A stretch of DNA of 64,000 nt. Origin: an uncultured virus (IMG/VR IMGVR_UViG_3300027896_000015) (taxonomy: Duplodnaviria > Heunggongvirae > Uroviricota > Caudoviricetes). The notes beneath the pieces are model-generated. The model searched no databases. It was not told where the DNA came from and saw only the letters and a list, made by a program, of their open reading frames with translations. Positions 34,116-44,637 of the stretch are shown piece after piece. Every line of letters begins with the position of its first letter. Positions within the stretch are counted from its first letter, which is position 1. Position numbers and translations under genes: made by a program. The stretch is from IMG/VR virus record IMGVR_UViG_3300027896_000015. One strand, given 5' to 3'.

Positions 34116-35243
34116 ATGAACCGTAAGTTTCTATTCATCGACGGCAACAATCTCGGCATTCGGGCTTCCTTCGCCAACAAGGAACTGTCTGTCGATATGT
34201 TCGACTATTCCGAGGACTTCAATCCTGACGACACGGTCGGCGACAAGCACGTCATGCCGACTGGGGCGCTGCACGGGTTTATGACAACCATAGCGGCGTT
34301 GCGCAGGAGATTTCCAGGCAGGTATTTCGCCGTCGTGTGGGACGCAGGGTGCGAGAGCAGAATCACGCTGTCCAAGGACGCGGCCTCCAGGGGAATTATT
34401 CCTCGGGAATACAAGGCCAGCAGAAGGGTCGGGAACCCGCCGCAGGCCGTCATCGACTTCGTCAAGCAGAAGCCTATCCTTCAGAAGATCATCTCGTCCA
34501 CCAACATTCCTCAGGTTGTCAAGCCCAGGGAGGAGGCCGACGACGTCATCGCGTCGTACGTCAGAAAATACCAGGGCGACGACATCCTGATCCTGACGAA
34601 CGACAACGACTACTATCAGCTTCTCGGCGACGGCGTCATGATCGTCCGCGGGGACGGCATCGTGTCGGAGGACGACTTCAGGAAGAAGCATGGAATATCG
34701 CCTAAGCAGTGGATTGACGTCGGCGCCCTTGCCGGGGACGACAGCGACGACATATTCGGCATTCCAGGGTGGGGCGAAACGTCAGCCGTCAAGGAGATAG
34801 CCGCCCACGGGACGTGCGAAAGCGTCATCGCCGAAATTCACGCCAAGCATGACATTCTGCGAACTCAGTATCCCGACCTAAAGGGCGAAGACCTGAAGGA
34901 GATATCGGAGATCATGTGCGGATCGGGAAGCAAGGCAAGGAAGAAGTATCCCTGTCTTCAGGAATGGATGCCGTTCACCGGTGTCGCCTTGGCGTACGAG
35001 CGCAAGAAGGCGAAAATACCGTGGCTGCACCTCAACGCCCTGATATACGAGAGCCGCGTCCCCTTGGCCAAGCAGCTCAAGGCCATGCGCGACGGACTTG
35101 TGCTGCCGGACTTGCAGGAGCTTGACAGGAACGGGATGGCCGCCTTCATGGCACTATGTGCACAGTACAAGCTGGCTTCCGTGTCCGAACAGGCCGGCGT
35201 CATTTTCGGAAAAGGCGACGAAGAATCGCCTCTTTTTGCCTGA
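34116..35243 (+). CDS. 5'-3' exonuclease / flap endonuclease (PolI N-terminal-like)
   Basis: IDGNN, VWD, YK..R, EADDVIA, T.D.DY.QL, L.GD.SD.I.GIPG.G. Confidence 0.92.
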   Translation: MNRKFLFIDGNNLGIRASFANKELSVDMFDYSEDFNPDDTVGDKHVMPTGALHGFMTTIAALRRRFPGRYFAVVWDAGCESRITLSKDAASRGIIPREYKASRRVGNPPQAVIDFVKQKPILQKIISSTNIPQVVKPREEADDVIASYVRKYQGDDILILTNDNDYYQLLGDGVMIVRGDGIVSEDDFRKKHGISPKQWIDVGALAGDDSDDIFGIPGWGETSAVKEIAAHGTCESVIAEIHAKHDILRTQYPDLKGEDLKEISEIMCGSGSKARKKYPCLQEWMPFTGVALAYERKKAKIPWLHLNALIYESRVPLAKQLKAMRDGLVLPDLQELDRNGMAAFMALCAQYKLASVSEQAGVIFGKGDEESPLFA

Positions 35244-35252
35244 TCCCGCATA

Positions 35253-37265
35253 TTAGGCCTTGGGCATCTCGCCGCGTTCGTTGTCGCGGCTGGTGAGCAG
35301 CGAGTAGGCCATCCTCTGCCAGTTCTTCCAGTTCGGCGGGCAGTAGTGCTGCGCGAACGCTGGAAGCTGCGCGAAGGCGGGTCCTCCTGAGAAGTTGCGC
35401 TTGATCGTCCCCGCCGCCCATTGCGCCTGAAGCTTCAGGCTCTTCTCGAAGTTGCCCGCATAGCGTCGGGCGGGATGGTTGGGGATGCCGTCGCCTACTC
35501 CCATCTCAAGTCCCGGGCCGCCGTGCTCGATGATCCGTATGGAGAACAGCAGCTTTCTCTGGACTCCCGTCAGGCCGTACTCGTCGGCGGCCTCCTTAAT
35601 GATCTCGTATTCCCGCCCCCCGATCCTCGATGCGATGTAGGAATGGTCGTCGCTGATTTCGGCCAGAAGCTTTTCGTCGCGCAGGATGTCGGACGGCATG
35701 CCTCCTCGCATCTTTTCCTGGCGCGGCGTTTGTACGGCTGTCGGAGGCTTGGGTGCGGGCGTTCTTGTCGGCGCCGTTTGGACGACATGAGTCTGCTGCC
35801 GCGGAGCCATCTGACCGCGCAGGCGCATGGCCTCGTCATACGCCCTTCGGCTGTTGGGGTCGGAGTCGACGGTGTTCATGACGTGCTTGGCTTCCGCAGC
35901 CGCCTCGGGATGCTCCTTGACGTCCTTCCCGGTAACGCCGAGCCACCGCATGGCCGTAGACGCCGATATGCCGGACGTGACGAGCAGGTAGGCCATCAGG
36001 AGCGCCCTTCCGACGTCCTTCATCTTCCCGGATTCCTTTTTCAATTCGGAGCGCTGCATCCAGCTGAGCGCATCCAGGTCGTCATCTAGGTCCATGCCTT
36101 CTCCTCCGCCTGCCGAAAAATCCCTCATCATTTTGTGGTATGCGGCGAACGCGGGATCAACATTGTCCCACGCCGACGGATGCGCGTCAAGGGCTTTTTT
36201 AATCTCGGCGTACCTGTCGAGCGAACGATCGGTATTGCCAGTCAGCTCCTTGACGACCTGGGCGTATTTCCACCACTCTTTTCCCGCCACGTAGTCGAAA
36301 GCCGCCTTGTCGCTGTCGGACGCCAGGATTGACAGCAGTTCGGAGTTTGCTTCCTCCGCCTCGGCGTTCGTCCCCTCTTCCGAATCTACGGAGATCATCA
36401 TGACTGCTTCCATCACCTTGATTTTGTCGCCGGTCGGCATGGACTTCGAGCTGAACAGCCTCTTCAGCATGTTGCATCCTTCCTTGATGTTCATGCCGAT
36501 TCCTGCGTCGTCTTTCGAATACAGGATTCCCAGTATCTCATTAGCGTCCTGAGACCTGAAGATGATTTTTTCAGCTGTCCTGTGCTTGACGTCGTCAGGC
36601 GCGTCCTTCATGACGAAGGCCAGATATGCTGGAGGAAAGCTGGTAAGATTTTCGATGTCAGAACACAGCTCGGAATGCCATCCGTTTTCTTCTATCGCTT
36701 TCTTCCAGGACGGGAAGACCGTATGCCCGATCCACCTGGCCCCGTTTTCCAGCAAAGTGTTGACGGCGGATATCAGGGTTTTTCTGTTGGCCAGCGAACG
36801 ACCGTAATTCTTGGCCGACATCCCGTTGTTGGCGACGATAAAATCGGCCAGATCGGCGGGAATCGAGCGGCTCATCAGCGCGGCTGCTGAAAAATAGCGA
36901 TGTGCGGACAAATTGCCCAAATTCTCGCGAGCAATAATGTCGCGCAAATATGGCGTGGATCCGTTGTGCGCGTTTAGCATTTTATGCAAAGCCATCGCAA
37001 GTTTGATGTCCTGCGCGTCGCTTTTCATGGCGTACTTTGATATCAGCTTCGACAGAATGGAGAAGTAGGCGCTGGCAATCATGGGCAGAGATGCGGCGGC
37101 TTCAATCAGGCTGACGGCTTGGGAATCCGGCATGTTCGTTTCGTCAACGTATATCAGGGCTTTATGGGCTTCTGTCGGTGTCGCGATGCTGATAGCCGCG
37201 TCCAGATCTTCGAAGGATATCGATTTTAATCGTCCTTTGCTGGGTATTTTTGCGAACTGTTCCAT
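35253..37265 (-). CDS. large probable virion protein, C-terminal lysozyme-like region (tentative)
   Basis: 670 aa; C-terminal IRIIEHGG..EMG...QA.WAAGTI...YCP.NW..W. Confidence 0.55.
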   Translation of the reverse strand: MEQFAKIPSKGRLKSISFEDLDAAISIATPTEAHKALIYVDETNMPDSQAVSLIEAAASLPMIASAYFSILSKLISKYAMKSDAQDIKLAMALHKMLNAHNGSTPYLRDIIARENLGNLSAHRYFSAAALMSRSIPADLADFIVANNGMSAKNYGRSLANRKTLISAVNTLLENGARWIGHTVFPSWKKAIEENGWHSELCSDIENLTSFPPAYLAFVMKDAPDDVKHRTAEKIIFRSQDANEILGILYSKDDAGIGMNIKEGCNMLKRLFSSKSMPTGDKIKVMEAVMMISVDSEEGTNAEAEEANSELLSILASDSDKAAFDYVAGKEWWKYAQVVKELTGNTDRSLDRYAEIKKALDAHPSAWDNVDPAFAAYHKMMRDFSAGGGEGMDLDDDLDALSWMQRSELKKESGKMKDVGRALLMAYLLVTSGISASTAMRWLGVTGKDVKEHPEAAAEAKHVMNTVDSDPNSRRAYDEAMRLRGQMAPRQQTHVVQTAPTRTPAPKPPTAVQTPRQEKMRGGMPSDILRDEKLLAEISDDHSYIASRIGGREYEIIKEAADEYGLTGVQRKLLFSIRIIEHGGPGLEMGVGDGIPNHPARRYAGNFEKSLKLQAQWAAGTIKRNFSGGPAFAQLPAFAQHYCPPNWKNWQRMAYSLLTSRDNERGEMPKA

Positions 37266-37362
37266 AGCTTTGTTATTCTCCGTGCGGGCGCCAAAATTCC
37301 TTGCATCGTTTCGGAGCCGCTTGTTGTATAATGGCCGCACAAGAAGCTATCGGAGACGCAAA

Positions 37363-37827
37363 ATGGCAAGGGACATGCGAGAAATTTTGGCGGACGTCGT
37401 CGCGTCCAGGCCGGCCATGCAGATAGAGAACGTCAACACCAACGGCGATGTGTCGTTCCTGACGGGGCTGACCGACATCGGACTGCGACGGTCGGATCTC
37501 GACAATCCGTTCGTCATGTCCAGGTTCTTCGTCAACTTCATCGGGGAGCTGATCGTCAGGTCGCATATCGACAAGTTCTCGGAGATACTGACGGGGCTCG
37601 ACGCCAAGCTGTACGACAAGATCATTCTAAGCAGCCGTCATACCGACTTCGGCATGGGTGTCGACAACGACAAGAACATCGTCAGGTTCATGATGCATAT
37701 TTCCCTCGTCCAGCAGATACTCAGCGAGGACTTCGACAGGATCATCGCTGACGACTGGGAAAATCCCGAGGACGAAGAACAGCCTAACAGCGAGGAATCA
37801 CATTCATCAGAGGAGCCTAATGTCTGA
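37363..37827 (+). CDS. hypothetical protein
   Basis: TGTTGTATAAT -10 element and SD GGAG upstream. Confidence 0.7.
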   Translation: MARDMREILADVVASRPAMQIENVNTNGDVSFLTGLTDIGLRRSDLDNPFVMSRFFVNFIGELIVRSHIDKFSEILTGLDAKLYDKIILSSRHTDFGMGVDNDKNIVRFMMHISLVQQILSEDFDRIIADDWENPEDEEQPNSEESHSSEEPNV

Positions 37828-38983
37828 ACCTATTTCGAACAATCCAGCCACGTGGCCCATGATCCGCCTGAAAAGGCTGTTCCTGAAGAACTTCGGCAGG
37901 CACGAGAACGTCGAACTGGACCTTTTCGACGAGGGGATGACCTGCCTTGTTGGGCCTAACGGTACTGGAAAGACGACCATTCTGGACGCCATCCAGATGC
38001 TGTGCTCAAATTTCGAGGGGATCGACGTCATCAGGTTCAGGGCTATGATGCTTCCGAGAGTCAGGAACTACGTGCATTTCCTGACCGACAAGGAGTATCT
38101 GGACGGCAGTTTCAGCGTCACGGGAGACTTCTCTTATGACGACCATGCAGGCACCAGGGGCGAATACCGCGTCGAGTTTACCAGGACTAAGTTCCTGTCG
38201 CGCCACCCCGAGTTCATCGAGCGCAACATGCAGCACTACTGCTTTTCGGCCAGGTTCGACCAGGAACTGAGGATATTCCAGGTGCGCAGGGATCGCTGGC
38301 CTCTGTTTCAGAGCCTCTTCTCGGCGGTGACAGGATTCGCGATCGAGGAGCTGGACAACATGTTTGACGACAGCTCGGACACCAGGTCGAGAAGCATATC
38401 CGAAAACTTCGTTCTGGGGTTCAAGATCGTCAAGGACCGCGAGACGATCACGCACCGCCAATGCAGCTCAGGAGAGAAGAAGATCATCAAATGCTTCTCA
38501 ACGATCCTGAACAAGCAGATTCAGCCGTCCATCATCCTGATCGACAACGCCGTCATGCACGTCGAGGTCGGACGGCATCTGGCCGTCATCGATGCCCTAG
38601 AAAAATGCTTCCCGTCCAGCCAGCTGGTCGTCAGCTGCCACAGCATACCCGTACAAAGGTACATGCGCGACAGGCGGCGGCTGTTCGACATGCGCTTCCT
38701 GACCGCGCCGAAGATCGTCATCGATGAGCCGTGGAGGATGCGGTTCTACGACGAGGTCGCCGAGGCGGTCGTAAAGATAAGGAACGCCAGCCACCAGGAT
38801 CAGGCCGCTAAAAACAAGGCTGCAGCGGAAGGCGAAAGGCTTTTATCCGTCCTGGCTGGCGAAAAGCGTTCCGACGGCGAGGATTTAGGGAAGTCCTGCA
38901 CCGCATTTCTGGCATCCGTTCCGCAGCTGATGCTGTGGGATTTCCAGCGCACTCCGCCAGTAGAACTACATTCTCTCTCTTGA
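37820..38983 (+). CDS. ABC-type (SMC/Rad50-like, lacking long coiled coil) ATPase
   Basis: L.NF, Walker A GPNGTGKT, signature SSGEKK, Walker B IILIDN, SCH. Confidence 0.85.
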   Translation: MSEPISNNPATWPMIRLKRLFLKNFGRHENVELDLFDEGMTCLVGPNGTGKTTILDAIQMLCSNFEGIDVIRFRAMMLPRVRNYVHFLTDKEYLDGSFSVTGDFSYDDHAGTRGEYRVEFTRTKFLSRHPEFIERNMQHYCFSARFDQELRIFQVRRDRWPLFQSLFSAVTGFAIEELDNMFDDSSDTRSRSISENFVLGFKIVKDRETITHRQCSSGEKKIIKCFSTILNKQIQPSIILIDNAVMHVEVGRHLAVIDALEKCFPSSQLVVSCHSIPVQRYMRDRRRLFDMRFLTAPKIVIDEPWRMRFYDEVAEAVVKIRNASHQDQAAKNKAAAEGERLLSVLAGEKRSDGEDLGKSCTAFLASVPQLMLWDFQRTPPVELHSLS

Positions 38984-39038
38984 AGTCCGCAAGGATATGG
39001 GCTGGCCGCCGTCGAATAATCAGCACGGAGAGGTGCCC

Positions 39039-40277
39039 ATGTTCATCACCATATCGAAAGGCGTCAGCGGCAGGTATGCTTTTTCTGCGGGATGCCATGC
39101 CGGCGATCCCGTTGGTGCCGTTTTCTCGTCCGAAATTGATTTTCATCTGGTAGAAGGGCTTCCCTCGACTTATGCGTCGTACGGAGACGCGCACGCTTTT
39201 GCAGCCCGCATGGTCGAGGAAAGGCCGTCCTGCATTATGGCCAAGAGGATAGGCCACTACAGGCGCTCCCAGAAATCCGAAAGCCCGGAGATCGAGATGG
39301 ATCCAGAGGACAGCATGGTCAACCACTATTCCGAACAGATACGGATCATCGAGCAGAGGTTCAAGGGCGCCGTCGACAGCGACGATCGCGACGAGGCCGA
39401 AGGCGTCATCAAGGAGCTGAGCGGGATCAGGTCTGAGATCGGAAAGATGTCCGCGATGATCGAGAATCCAGACAACAAGAAACTGATCTCGGACATCGAG
39501 AAAGACATCGAAGCCTTGAACGAAAAGCTTCGGGACAGGTTTCCGGGAGTCGGATCGGACAATGCGGACAAGCCTGTTCCGTCCGCCAAGACGGCGTCGA
39601 ATTCCGCTCCGCTTCCGGCCAACAAGAATCTCGCCAAGAACGTCATCAGGGCCTTCGGAGAGGCGGCAGCCAAGGCGATCGAGCCGTCGCACGGAGAGGC
39701 CTATCTTAGGCGAGCCGAATGGGTGCCCGGACGATCGGAGTTCGCGGCGGTGATTTCCGAGCCAGACGAGTCGTCGCACAGGGACATTGTCCGACTGGCT
39801 TTCGACGAGAACATGATACTGTTCGGTATCATGCCGTTCGGTACGACTGCCGCGTCGCATCCGCTGCATAGCGCGTCATTTTTGGAAAGATACTGGCTGC
39901 CGATCGTGAAGGCCGTAGGGCACGTAAAATCAGGGAGCAGGGTGCTTGTCGCCTCCATGCCGTCCGATTCAGGGCAGATGCGCGGGTTCGACGCCGACTC
40001 AGGAAAGGAAGTCTGCGTCAAGATTTCCGCGGACGGCGGAAGGTGGGCAATCAAGTCAGCCCAGAGAATTTCCAAGTTCAAGGAGGACGAAGTCAAGCCC
40101 GGCAACGAAGTCAGGTGCGTCGCCAAGCACCTTCCGACGTACTACGGCAGGACGGGCGAGGTCGTCGAAGTCCTTCCCAAGCGGGACTGCATGGAGGTCA
40201 GAGTCGATTTTCGGCGCGGATTGGGGCCTATGTGGCTTGAGGACAAGGATATCGAACTGGTTTCCTTGCCTTCGTAG
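39039..40277 (+). CDS. hypothetical protein with possible C-terminal SH3/KOW-like domain
   Basis: Long ORF; PG.EV...YYGRTGEVVEV. Confidence 0.7.
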   Translation: MFITISKGVSGRYAFSAGCHAGDPVGAVFSSEIDFHLVEGLPSTYASYGDAHAFAARMVEERPSCIMAKRIGHYRRSQKSESPEIEMDPEDSMVNHYSEQIRIIEQRFKGAVDSDDRDEAEGVIKELSGIRSEIGKMSAMIENPDNKKLISDIEKDIEALNEKLRDRFPGVGSDNADKPVPSAKTASNSAPLPANKNLAKNVIRAFGEAAAKAIEPSHGEAYLRRAEWVPGRSEFAAVISEPDESSHRDIVRLAFDENMILFGIMPFGTTAASHPLHSASFLERYWLPIVKAVGHVKSGSRVLVASMPSDSGQMRGFDADSGKEVCVKISADGGRWAIKSAQRISKFKEDEVKPGNEVRCVAKHLPTYYGRTGEVVEVLPKRDCMEVRVDFRRGLGPMWLEDKDIELVSLPS

Positions 40278-40298
40278 ATCGCGTCGCCGCCTAACATC

Positions 40299-41180
40299 AT
40301 GAAGCGCATTCTGTCAATTTCAGCCGCCACCGGAGCCTCCGAGGAATTCTGCATCCTTCCGGACGAGGCCCTCTCCATGTGCGTCGTCGAGTCGTCGGGC
40401 GACCCAGCCTATTCCAAGCTTGGCGGCAGCACGCTTGTCCTTTTGGACTCGTCCGGCAAGGTTCAGGAAGAGTATTCCAGGGCGGAAATCAGCAATCCGT
40501 CCGTCATTGCCAAGGGGATCGGAGGAGAGATCGTTGCTTGGCAGCCTTCCGGAGACATGCTGTGGGCCGTCAGCTTGGGCAGCGAGGTCGCCAGGAGGAT
40601 GGCGGGCGTCAGCGCGTCAGCCGCGTATGTTTCGACCGCGCCTAAACGGGAGACCGACGACGGCGTCGCCTTGTGCAGCATCACCCCGGACTGGGTTCTG
40701 ATCGCTTCGCCCATGAAGCACAGGATATTCCAGTGCAGAAACAGCGCCGTCAAGGTCGTCGCAGGATGCGGCCGCGCCGGAATGACCATATCGTCGAGGG
40801 CGTCCGAGGACATGATGGATTCGCCGTCGGGGATCTCCTACGCCGGCGACAGCCGATCGATCATTGTGTCCGACACGGGCAATTCTATCATCAGGGTCAT
40901 GTCCGCCGGAAGCGACGGATGGGCTACGACGTCAATCGTCGGCTCTCCGAAAAAGCCAGGTAACGCCGACGGGATATTCAGGCAGGCGTCGTTCGATAGG
41001 CCAGGACGCATGTCGACAAAGGGCCGCAGGACGATCCTGATCGACGGGAAGACTTCCGGCCTGCTCAGGATCGTGAACTGGAAGGGTTCGTCCGTTTCGA
41101 CGATCTGGAGGTCTCAAGGAAGAATCATCGATGCTGACTGGTCAAGCGGAGATCGCATTTTTGTAATGGAGTCGACGTGA
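40299..41180 (+). CDS. NHL-repeat beta-propeller protein
   Basis: P.GIS...IVSDTGNS.IR, G.ADG....SFD.P. Confidence 0.7.
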   Translation: MKRILSISAATGASEEFCILPDEALSMCVVESSGDPAYSKLGGSTLVLLDSSGKVQEEYSRAEISNPSVIAKGIGGEIVAWQPSGDMLWAVSLGSEVARRMAGVSASAAYVSTAPKRETDDGVALCSITPDWVLIASPMKHRIFQCRNSAVKVVAGCGRAGMTISSRASEDMMDSPSGISYAGDSRSIIVSDTGNSIIRVMSAGSDGWATTSIVGSPKKPGNADGIFRQASFDRPGRMSTKGRRTILIDGKTSGLLRIVNWKGSSVSTIWRSQGRIIDADWSSGDRIFVMEST

Positions 41181-42931
41181 TCACAACGCAGCAAATCAAA
41201 AGCCCGTCGGCCAGGAAAAGGACGATGGGCGGAATCGTCTCCGCGCTGGAGTCGCAGCACAAGCTGGAATCTCCCAGCACGCAGCCGCAGTCCAAGCAGA
41301 TTGTCGACATCATCACGTTCTGCGAAGATCCTAACCTGCTCGACCTCCCGGGAAACAACCTGATACTGTTTCCGTCCCAGAAGATCGTCCTGAAATGCCT
41401 TTACATGGGGTCGAGAGGAAACGAGAATCTGTTTCTCGACGCGGAGGAGATGCAGTGGCTGCGCGACAAGAACCAGCACAACGTCATCAAGATGATCGAG
41501 CGCAAGACGCGCGGCGAGAAGTTCAGGATTTCGGAGCTCGTCATGGTGCTGGGGCGCCGGTCGAGCAAGACGGTCATCGCCAGCATCATCTCGGCGTACG
41601 AGCTGTACAAGCTGCTGATGGTCGGGGACGGCGACCCCTACAAGTTCTACGACATCCCCTACGACCAGGAAATAGCCGTCATCAACGTGGCGACGTCCAA
41701 GGACGCCGCCGGCAGGCTGTGGAGCAACATCAGGGCCAGGATCAGAAACAGCCCGTTCTTCGCCAACCGGATACAAAAGCCAGTCAAGGCCGACCGGATG
41801 AGGATCTACACCGACGTCGACCTCAGGAAAATGCAGGATCCGACGCTCAACGTCCCGGTCGACGGGTCGCTGCTCTGCATGTGCGGCCATACCAACTACG
41901 ACGCCCTCCGCGGATTCCAGACTATCTGCCTGCTGTTCGACGAGCTGGCGTTCTACGACGAGTGCGACAAGGTGTCGGGCAGCGAGTTCTACAACGCCCT
42001 GGCCCCGTCGGTCGGCGGGTTCAAAGGGCGCGACGGCGTCGAGGACGGCGTCAAGGTGGAGCTGTCCACTCCTGGGCCGAAGAGCGGAATCTTCTACAAG
42101 CTGTGGGAAAGCAGCTTAAAAATCGATTCCATGCTCTCGTTCCAGATACCCACATGGGAGTTCAACCCCAGAAGGCCGTACGACGATCCTGAACTTGTGT
42201 CCGCAAGGATGAAAGACATGGCGTCGTTCGAGATCGAATACGGCGCCAAGTGGCCGGAAGGCGGCCTGAGCGGCATCTACTTCCCGGAGGGGCTGATCCA
42301 GAAGGCCACCAACCTGAGCCTGGTCGAGGAGCGCGACCCCGATCCGGGATGCGAGTACTATTTCCACGTCGACCCGGCCCTGAACAACAACCGCTACGTT
42401 CTGGTCTGCGTCAAGAGGACGCTGTATAGGGACCAGATAACGGGGAACCTGATGCCGAAGGTGACGCTCGCGTTCACGCGGATGTGGACGGCCAAGGAGG
42501 GCGTCGGGCTGGAGTACGCCGACATCGACCGCGAAATACTCCAGCTGTGCATGACCTGGCATCCGGTCGTGGTCAGCTATGACCAGTGGCAGTCCGTGCA
42601 CAGCATCCAGATGCTCAGGCAGAACGGATTCAACGTCGTGCAGACGGCCTTCAACAGGGGATACAAGCAGAGGATATACCAGAACCTCCGGAACCTGATG
42701 CAGAGGGATCCGTGCGCGCTGGAGTTCTACGACCATTCCCTGCTGATCCAGGAGCTTCTGCATCTGCGATACCGCCCGACGGCGAGAGGAGTCAGCATAG
42801 GCGCGGACACGAAGGGCGACTGCCCGACGGACGACTTCGCGGACTGCCTGGCGGGATCGGCGTTCATGGCGTCAGGAAACTACCACGCCAGGCTGCCGCA
42901 GATGCTGCTGGTCAGGACGGGCACGTTGTGA
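41177..42931 (+). CDS. terL: terminase large subunit
   Basis: P.Q, Walker A GRRSSKT, Walker B LLFDE.AF, STP coupling motif, nuclease HVDP...YD.W...DDFAD. Confidence 0.9.
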   Translation: MITTQQIKSPSARKRTMGGIVSALESQHKLESPSTQPQSKQIVDIITFCEDPNLLDLPGNNLILFPSQKIVLKCLYMGSRGNENLFLDAEEMQWLRDKNQHNVIKMIERKTRGEKFRISELVMVLGRRSSKTVIASIISAYELYKLLMVGDGDPYKFYDIPYDQEIAVINVATSKDAAGRLWSNIRARIRNSPFFANRIQKPVKADRMRIYTDVDLRKMQDPTLNVPVDGSLLCMCGHTNYDALRGFQTICLLFDELAFYDECDKVSGSEFYNALAPSVGGFKGRDGVEDGVKVELSTPGPKSGIFYKLWESSLKIDSMLSFQIPTWEFNPRRPYDDPELVSARMKDMASFEIEYGAKWPEGGLSGIYFPEGLIQKATNLSLVEERDPDPGCEYYFHVDPALNNNRYVLVCVKRTLYRDQITGNLMPKVTLAFTRMWTAKEGVGLEYADIDREILQLCMTWHPVVVSYDQWQSVHSIQMLRQNGFNVVQTAFNRGYKQRIYQNLRNLMQRDPCALEFYDHSLLIQELLHLRYRPTARGVSIGADTKGDCPTDDFADCLAGSAFMASGNYHARLPQMLLVRTGTL

Positions 42932-43013
42932 CGATTAAAAGAAGGGATTTTTCTGGTTGTTGCGGAAATCTACTACGGTGTTGTGTCGAGTCGGAAAGAC
43001 AGGGGGATCAAAA

Positions 43014-43943
43014 ATGACCTTCAACATGAAGAAGTACGCCGCATCCAAGAAGTCGCCCGACGGCGACATGCCGATCGAGTCCAAGCTGCGCGTCAAGCCG
43101 GCAGCCGATGAGCCGCAGCAGGTGTCCGAAGCCCAGCTGGACGACAGGCGCGAAGGAACCGAAGACTGGCTGACCGAGAAGAAGCTGGAAAACCGCAGGA
43201 CGGGAGCGGCCGAGACACTGAGATCGGAGCGCCTGGACGCCAGCGACAGCGGACTCGTGATGCATCGCAACAAGTCGGCGTACGAAGGCGACATCAACAA
43301 GCTTGAGGAACAGAGGCTGGCGAACTCCCCCGTCGAGAAGGAGAAGTACGAGCCGGCGGCTGTGTTCGACAAGAGGACGATGAAGGAAATCAAGGGCGAC
43401 GACGGGCTGAGGACAGCCAGCGTCGTCAAGCAGGCCGTCGGCGCGACTGAGTTCGACATCGATTACCCCGTTCCGTCTTCGAAAACCAAGAAGGACGACG
43501 AGGAAAGCGAGTGGGCGACCATCAGCCCGGGCATGGAGGAGGCTTTCGGCATTGAGCCGCATGTCAGCCGCGAGGAGGAAGAGGTCCCCGACTTCGATAT
43601 CGAGGCGGAGGACGAAGACGACGTCGATCCCGCCACGCAGAAGATGATCGACGAGATGACCCAGGAAACCGACAAGGAGCTTGAAGAAGGCGGCGAGGAT
43701 ATCGTCGACAGCGACCTGTTCCAGCAGACCGAGATCAGGCCTGTGCGTTCAGGTGGCAGAAGGCTGACCCAGTACGAGTTTGTGTTCGACCCCATGATGT
43801 TCGCCGGAAAGGACGACGCCGAGACGAAAGCCGCGGCGTGGATCATGTCGTCGCATCCCGACATTCCGAAAGAGTTCGACGTGCTCGACAATCTGGTCAT
43901 GGATTATGTCGAAGGGCGCGTGACTTTGACCGTTCCGGCATAG
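43014..43943 (+). CDS. acidic hypothetical protein (probable head/internal)
   Basis: T.E..L...R repeats; RTAS/KQAV motifs. Confidence 0.7.
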   Translation: MTFNMKKYAASKKSPDGDMPIESKLRVKPAADEPQQVSEAQLDDRREGTEDWLTEKKLENRRTGAAETLRSERLDASDSGLVMHRNKSAYEGDINKLEEQRLANSPVEKEKYEPAAVFDKRTMKEIKGDDGLRTASVVKQAVGATEFDIDYPVPSSKTKKDDEESEWATISPGMEEAFGIEPHVSREEEEVPDFDIEAEDEDDVDPATQKMIDEMTQETDKELEEGGEDIVDSDLFQQTEIRPVRSGGRRLTQYEFVFDPMMFAGKDDAETKAAAWIMSSHPDIPKEFDVLDNLVMDYVEGRVTLTVPA

Positions 43944-44044
43944 TCCGCGGTTTTTCGTCGGCGTTCGAAATTCCAGGCAATCTGGTTTTCCACCACATTT
44001 CCGCGATTTTGTTGTATAATGGTCGCAAAGAAGGAGACTACCAT

Positions 44045-44590
44045 ATGTCCAGAGTTAAAATCATCAACCTGACGGACAAGACCTTCGTCATCAACAGCCT
44101 CAAGATTAGGGTGCTTCCCAGGGGCAGCGAGGCCAAGATCATCCTGCGCGATCCGTCCATCAAGGACGATCCTGACGTTCAGGAGCTAGAAAACCTCGGC
44201 TACATCAGCATCGTGGACGTCGCAGATCAGGCCGCGCCAGCGGAACCGCCAAAGCCTGCAGATGTCGCCGAAAAAGTTACGAAAGCCGAGCCAGTTCAGC
44301 CTCCGGAAAAGCCTGCGTCCAAGAGGATGTCCAGAAAAGAGCGCATCCGCATGCGCCGGCAGGCCAAGAAAAACAGCGAACGCGAACCGGCCGTCACGCA
44401 CGACGACATGAACTCCCCCGAGAACAGGATGGGGGCGTCCGTCGTCATCATGGGCGAGAACGGACCGGTAAAGAAGGCGATGAATCCCGGTCTGCACCAC
44501 GCCAGCGACCCGAAGTTCATCCAGGACGGGCCTCCTGAGAACGAAGACGAGGACGAGCCGCTGGACGAAAGATTCATTAAGATCACATAG
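44045..44590 (+). CDS. hypothetical protein
   Basis: TGTTGTATAAT and SD AGGAG upstream. Confidence 0.7.
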   Translation: MSRVKIINLTDKTFVINSLKIRVLPRGSEAKIILRDPSIKDDPDVQELENLGYISIVDVADQAAPAEPPKPADVAEKVTKAEPVQPPEKPASKRMSRKERIRMRRQAKKNSEREPAVTHDDMNSPENRMGASVVIMGENGPVKKAMNPGLHHASDPKFIQDGPPENEDEDEPLDERFIKIT

Positions 44591-44637
44591 GCTTGACGGC
44601 CTCCTTCGTGGAAGAATAGTTGGGAATGTGTTTTTCC